From: Eledone cirrhosa | Lineage: Eukaryota | Assembly: GCA_964016885.1 (NCBI GenBank) | Contig: OZ024747.1 | Location: 20,832,001-20,896,000 of the forward strand | DNA: 64,000 nt | Direction of reading: 5' to 3' | In this document: positions 58,845 to 64,000 of the stretch, piece by piece | Numbering within the stretch: the stretch's first letter is position 1 | How the letters are laid out: every line of letters starts with the position of its first letter | The notes under the pieces: generated by a model | Seen by the model: the letters and a program-made list of their open reading frames with translations, nothing else | Databases searched by the model: none | What the model was told of the DNA's origin: nothing | Translations under genes and position numbers: made by a program

Positions 58845-59318
58845 ACATACATACATACATATATACATACATACATACGTAAGGAATCGTTCTTAGATGT
58901 ACAACGCACAAATTCAACCATATTGTAGTCTAGTTTTCTTTTTCTTTTGTGTGGCTTATTCAGGTCACGATCATAAGGTCGTGCGTTCGATTCCTGCCGG
59001 CGTGTTTTGTCTTTTAAAGACCACTGGGCTCCCTGTTTAACATAAGTTATTTTTTATAGTTACCTCCCTTTTCATTTAGATTATTCAATGGATTTGTCTC
59101 TTTATAGATAAATTCGGGGTTACCTATCCTTAGAACTCTCCTATGTTGTCTAGTATCTTCACGGTGGGAAGACATTTTTATTTATATGACAGGCTGAATG
59201 AGTTGAATAACCCAACGAAACGTAAGCACTTGAACATGTCACTGTTGTAACTAAATATACTTAACTTATCCTATGGTCTGAGTGCTATAGCCCTTTATTT
59301 ATACCAAATGTGTACTAC

Positions 59319-59350
<32 letters not shown>

Positions 59351-59366
59351 TGTATGTGTATGTATA

Positions 59367-59892
59367 GGCGCTGGGATATAGAAATAGTCGGGCTAGATAC
59401 CCGATCGCGTGGTTAAACCACTGGGAGTGAAGGACCCCTAGTCTTTATCAGGGCATTCATCTAGGAGAAGGCAGCTCAGGAGACTGGGATAACTCCGACA
59501 TAAAACCTGCGGCTCAGTAGTTACCGATGATGTTGATCTTTTCTTCTTTTCTGGTTATAGCTACTGTCGCTCGGGGAGTGGGATTGGCTCAGTGCACAGT
59601 CTTTCCTCACTTTAAAAAAAATCTTCACGCACAGGCATTGCACGATATAATTAATTAATAATTATTAATAATGGTATATTGTGCAATGGCCATACTCGAT
59701 AACGAGGGGGCAGTCATCATGTATGTAACCGTAACCCTTGATATGAATCATAGGTGCATATTAAACCTGGCGGAGTCCATTATTCTCAAGAAGGGAATCA
59801 GAAATGAGATATAAATGGAGAATCGATCCTATTACTTAATATGTAGATTTATATCGACCTGGAGGCAAATTTATAACGAGGTGGCAGCTATC
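59367..59892 (+). mobile_element. Family D copy with a doubled 3' terminus, flanked by (TATG)n
   Basis: ATAACGAGG.GGCAG..ATCATGTATGT occurs at ~59699 and again at ~59873. Confidence 0.75.
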
Positions 59893-60500
59893 ATGTATGT
59901 ATGTATCTATGTATAAGACCTATTCATACACATACTCATTGTAATTATGCCGACATATAAGTATTAAAGTATATAAACCACAAAATCTTTATATAACTTT
60001 CTGGTTTAAGTTGGGTCACGCCGTTGATTAAATAAAATAAACCTCAAGGCGAAACATGTTGATGTGAGTCTATGAGTTACGTATCAAAAGTGTTGTTTTG
60101 TTTTTTCATATATTTCTATATATCCATAGATCTGAAACACTGGCGTACGCATATGCTTACACCAATAGAAAAACCGCCCGGTGGGCAGTATTTCTGCTTA
60201 TATATGTATGTGTATATGTATGTATGCATGTATGTATGTATGTATGTATGTTCAATTACAAATTCATATATGCGGTGCCTATGGTGTAACAAAAGAGACA
60301 TTCTATTATATAGCACACACAGATTCTTACAGAAACACATGCATGCATGCATACATGCATACATGCAAACATACATACATACATACATACATAAGTACGT
60401 ACGTATATACATACATACAAACATACATATATACATGCATACATACGTACATACACACATACATACATACATACGTACATACATACACATATATACACTG

Positions 60501-61168
60501 AACACATTAAAAGCTACAGCATTGTGGAAGACATCCACGTACATAATATGAAAGAGTACTGGTGGAATGTTCCAGTAAAAACCCCAATAAAATGCAGGCA
60601 TAACAGACCAGATATTATGATATGGGACAGGGAGAAGAAAGCATGCACAGTAGTGGAAGTTAGCTGCCCAGCAGATGCCAATATAATATCAAAGATTAGT
60701 GAAAAGGAGAATATTTATGCAGAACTGTTACGAAATCTGCAGATACTCCACCCTGATTACACCTTCAGATTTATGCCTGTGATTATTGGGGCACTGGGGT
60801 ATGTTAGTAACTGCCTCAATACAAATCTTGAGAAGCTAGGCTTCACAGGAACAGAAAGAACACAACTAATTAGGAAATTACAAGTACAATCCATTAATGG
60901 AACAGTAAAAATATGTAAGACATTCCAAAAATTTTGCATCTAATAACTGCATATACACATATACAGATGCAAAGCATATACACATGTACACATTCAACTC
61001 AAAACATACACATCCACACATACAATAACATCCATATCTACACATGCACGCATACATACCTACCTAGTTGATGTTGTGTAAATTCCAATGAGAGAGTCTT
61101 GTGTCTATGTTAAAAACCGACTCTCTCTCTATTGGGAAAGAATTTGTGAAATTATAAAACCAGAAGAA
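60501..61168 (+). mobile_element. R4/Dong family B, 5'-truncated copy (RLE domain plus 3' UTR)
   Basis: Near-identical to 53348-54009 but without the 2-bp deletion (KTPIKCRHNRPD is in frame); CATA-rich flanks. Confidence 0.9.
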
Positions 61169-61688
61169 CATACATACAAACACACACAGACATACATATA
61201 TACATACATACATACACACAGACATACACACATACACACATACATACATACACACATACATACATGCACACATACATACACACATACATACACATACATA
61301 CATGCATACATATATACACACCACACATACATACATACATACATACACACACATACACATACACACATACGCACACACATACACACATATACATACATAT
61401 ATACATATTGAAGGACAGTGTCATTGTCTGAGTAATGGGAGGAATTAGGGAGACGTCCTACCAAATTCACAGCCCAGTTGGTGTCGACGAAACGAATAGC
61501 ATAGAATACTTCATTGTTTCGATATTAATGGGAGCAAAAGTTGGCGCTTAAAAATATCCAGACTGTTAATATCAGTTGTCTAGACAGTTCCACATTAAAC
61601 GTCTGAATTTGTGTTTATATACATACATACACACTCTCACACATACACACACATACTCAAACATATATTTGATGGTATGTATGTATGT

Positions 61689-61740
<52 letters not shown>

Positions 61741-61744
<4 letters not shown>

Positions 61745-63020
61745 GGTGAGTAATATTGTAGAACAATAAAACTATGCATATATCAGATATGTAGCACTCA
61801 ACAATTGGTAGAACTGGAGTATATATAATAAAGATGAAATAAAGATGGTTATAATAGTTCCATATTATTATACGTATTTCGATGGTTATAATAGTTCCAT
61901 ATTATTATACGTATTTCGAATACAAAATCATGCTGCGACAGATGTGTTCTCTTCAGATAAAAAAAAAGGTACAATGATATGAGATATAATAGCACTTGTT
62001 TATAGAATAGTGCTAAGTCTACATATGACAGAAATATATGTGTTAATACTATAGTAAGAAATAGATAGGAAAAGAGAAGAAATGGAAAGAAGAAGAGAAA
62101 AAAGGAAAAAGAAAGAAAAGAAGAAGGAAGAAGCGAGAGAAAGAGAGAGACTTTTGATCAGGAACGCTGTCAAAATGAAAACAGCTGTAAATAATGATTA
62201 AAAAATAAATTGATGAGGAGTATGTGCGAATATTATAGAAGGTATTCAAATATTAGAGGTCTAAATATAGAAACTGGGTATTTTATTTTATATTGGGTTT
62301 AAATACTAAAAATTGGTTTAAGAAGTGTAAAATTGTATTAATAAAATAGATATAAAAAGGTTTTTATAAAATAAAATGAAAATAGTCTATGTATGTCAAA
62401 GTTAATAATTTCTAGTAAAAAATATATATGTGGGGTATACTATTTAAGTTTTATTTTATATCATCAAGTAAATAAAGGAAATTGCTAGAAGGATTTATAA
62501 ACGTAGAAAAAACGTAGAGAAAATCTATTATAATATGACGTCAACTTTTATTTACAAATTCTACGAAGGTTTGAGCGAAAATCTAAGGCTATACAAAAGA
62601 AGATCAAAGGCTTAATATATAATGAGAAAACCAAAATAACACATTGTAGAATATAATGAAAGAGGTGTAAAGATAATAGTGACTCGTGGAATATGTTATA
62701 GGACATCAGCTATATACTTTGTGAAAGGTCTTGTAGGATTTATGATTACAAAGTCCAAATAAATCGGTTCTTCGATTTATTATTGCGTTGAAATTCGAGG
62801 TAATGGTAAATTTTTCAGCTAGACATAAATTACAAACACTAGATATGGAAGCATTGGATCTTCTTTTGTATAGCCTTAGATTTCGCTCAAACCATCGTAG
62901 AATTTGTAAACAAAAGATGACGTCATATTATAATAGATTTTCTTTACGTTTTTTCTACGTTTATAAATCCTTCTAGTAATATCCTTTATTTACTTGATGA
63001 TATAAAATAAAACTTAAATA
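61741..63020 (-). mobile_element. Inverted terminal repeat of a Naiad-type Penelope-like element (endonuclease C-terminus, 3' UTR, hammerhead)
   Basis: Minus strand 62840-62706 reads SVCNLCLAEKFTI..IINRRTDLFGLCNHK; a hammerhead lies at 61.9 kb; the segment ends in (TA)n at 61740. Confidence 0.7.
61900..61962 (-). ncRNA. Minimal type I hammerhead ribozyme
   Basis: UUUUAU-CUGAAGA-GAACACA..UGUAUUC-GAAA-UACGUA-UA^AUAAUA, with a palindromic stem III. Confidence 0.7.
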
Positions 63021-64000
63021 CACGACAACAAAAAAACGGAGACACCACAACAAATTGCAAAACGACAGCAATGCACTACTAAAAAAACTACGCAACACCA
63101 ACAGTATTATAGTAAAAGCAGACAAAACATCAAACGTATACACCATGAGCCTCAATACATACAATAATTTTATACGACGGGAATTGCACAAAAAATACAA
63201 AAAAAACAACAGAATTTGCACTCACTAGCATTAATAAGGAAGGACTTAGAATAGTAAAAAAACTGAAAATATCTGATAGAAACGAGCCTCTAACCCCACA
63301 TTTAACCTAAAGAATGACAAAAATAATTTCGAAATAGACCCCACAATTAGATTAATATGCCCATCTAAGTCGGATATCGGTAGAATTAGCAAGTATATAC
63401 TAGATAGAGTAATCGCACAAATTAAGGACAAACTAGTAATTAAGCTATAGACTGGTTCAGCAAAATAAACAGTAAAGAAACATCTAACTTCGTACAATTC
63501 GACATTAATGACTACTACTCATCCATATCCCCAGTCACCCTGGGTAAAGCGCTAGCCTTTGCCCAGAAAAATTCGGACCTTACCTCGGACGAAATTAAAA
63601 TAATACTATCTGCTAGAAGGACTATCATTAGATTCGAAAATAGTTGCTGGGAACGAAAAAACAGACAGAATAGCTTCGATATCACAATGGGATCTAACGA
63701 CTCAGCGCAAATAATGGACTTGGTGGGAATATATATAGCGCACGACTTACATAAGGAATTCAATAACCTCCAAGGAGGAATTTATAGAGACGATACACTT
63801 CTTCTAGCCAAAAACCTAAATAATCAGAGCATGGAAAGATTACGAAAAAACATTAGAGTATTCTTCAAAAAACTAGGTCTAGGTATCACTTTCGAACTTA
63901 ACTCTAAAAAAGCAAATTTCTTAGATATAACTCTCAACCTAAACATAGGGTTAATAGAGCCCTTCCATAAGAATAACGAAAATCTAGCCTACATTAGTTA
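63021..64000 (+). pseudogene. Penelope-like element reverse transcriptase (Naiad-type), frameshifted, runs off the window
   Basis: Manual translation gives IIVKADKTSNVY, PTIRLICPSKSDIGRISKYILD, then after a frameshift near 63440 FVQFDINDYYSSI, FDITMGSNDSAQIMDLVG, GIYRDD and NFLDITLNL. Confidence 0.85.

Overview
Repeat-saturated, AT-rich animal genomic DNA with no recognisable host gene. The SINE and microsatellite content resembles a coleoid cephalopod such as an octopus, which is an inference. The first 17.4 kb hold a tRNA-SINE chain, a mariner remnant with a 103-bp tandem expansion, and a 15.15-kb (AGTAGCAAC)n satellite with nested 378-bp, ~2.45-kb and ~5.2-kb higher-order repeats. That satellite produces the giant low-complexity ORFs. 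The main signal is a set of retroelements partitioned by microsatellite. (i) At 45-61 kb, two R4/Dong-type RLE non-LTR families, one with an intact 1169-aa ORF, all have 3' ends joined in one polarity to (CATA)n. They are interleaved with a ~605-bp non-coding family that probably lies antiparallel and carries (ATGT)n tails. (ii) Naiad-type Penelope-like remnants with minimal hammerhead ribozymes, plus a ~138-nt fold-back mini-element, sit in (TA)n. (iii) A ~300-bp retrozyme-like unit carries a canonical type I hammerhead at 37793-37883 (-). All family assignments come from motifs read by eye; no database search was run.
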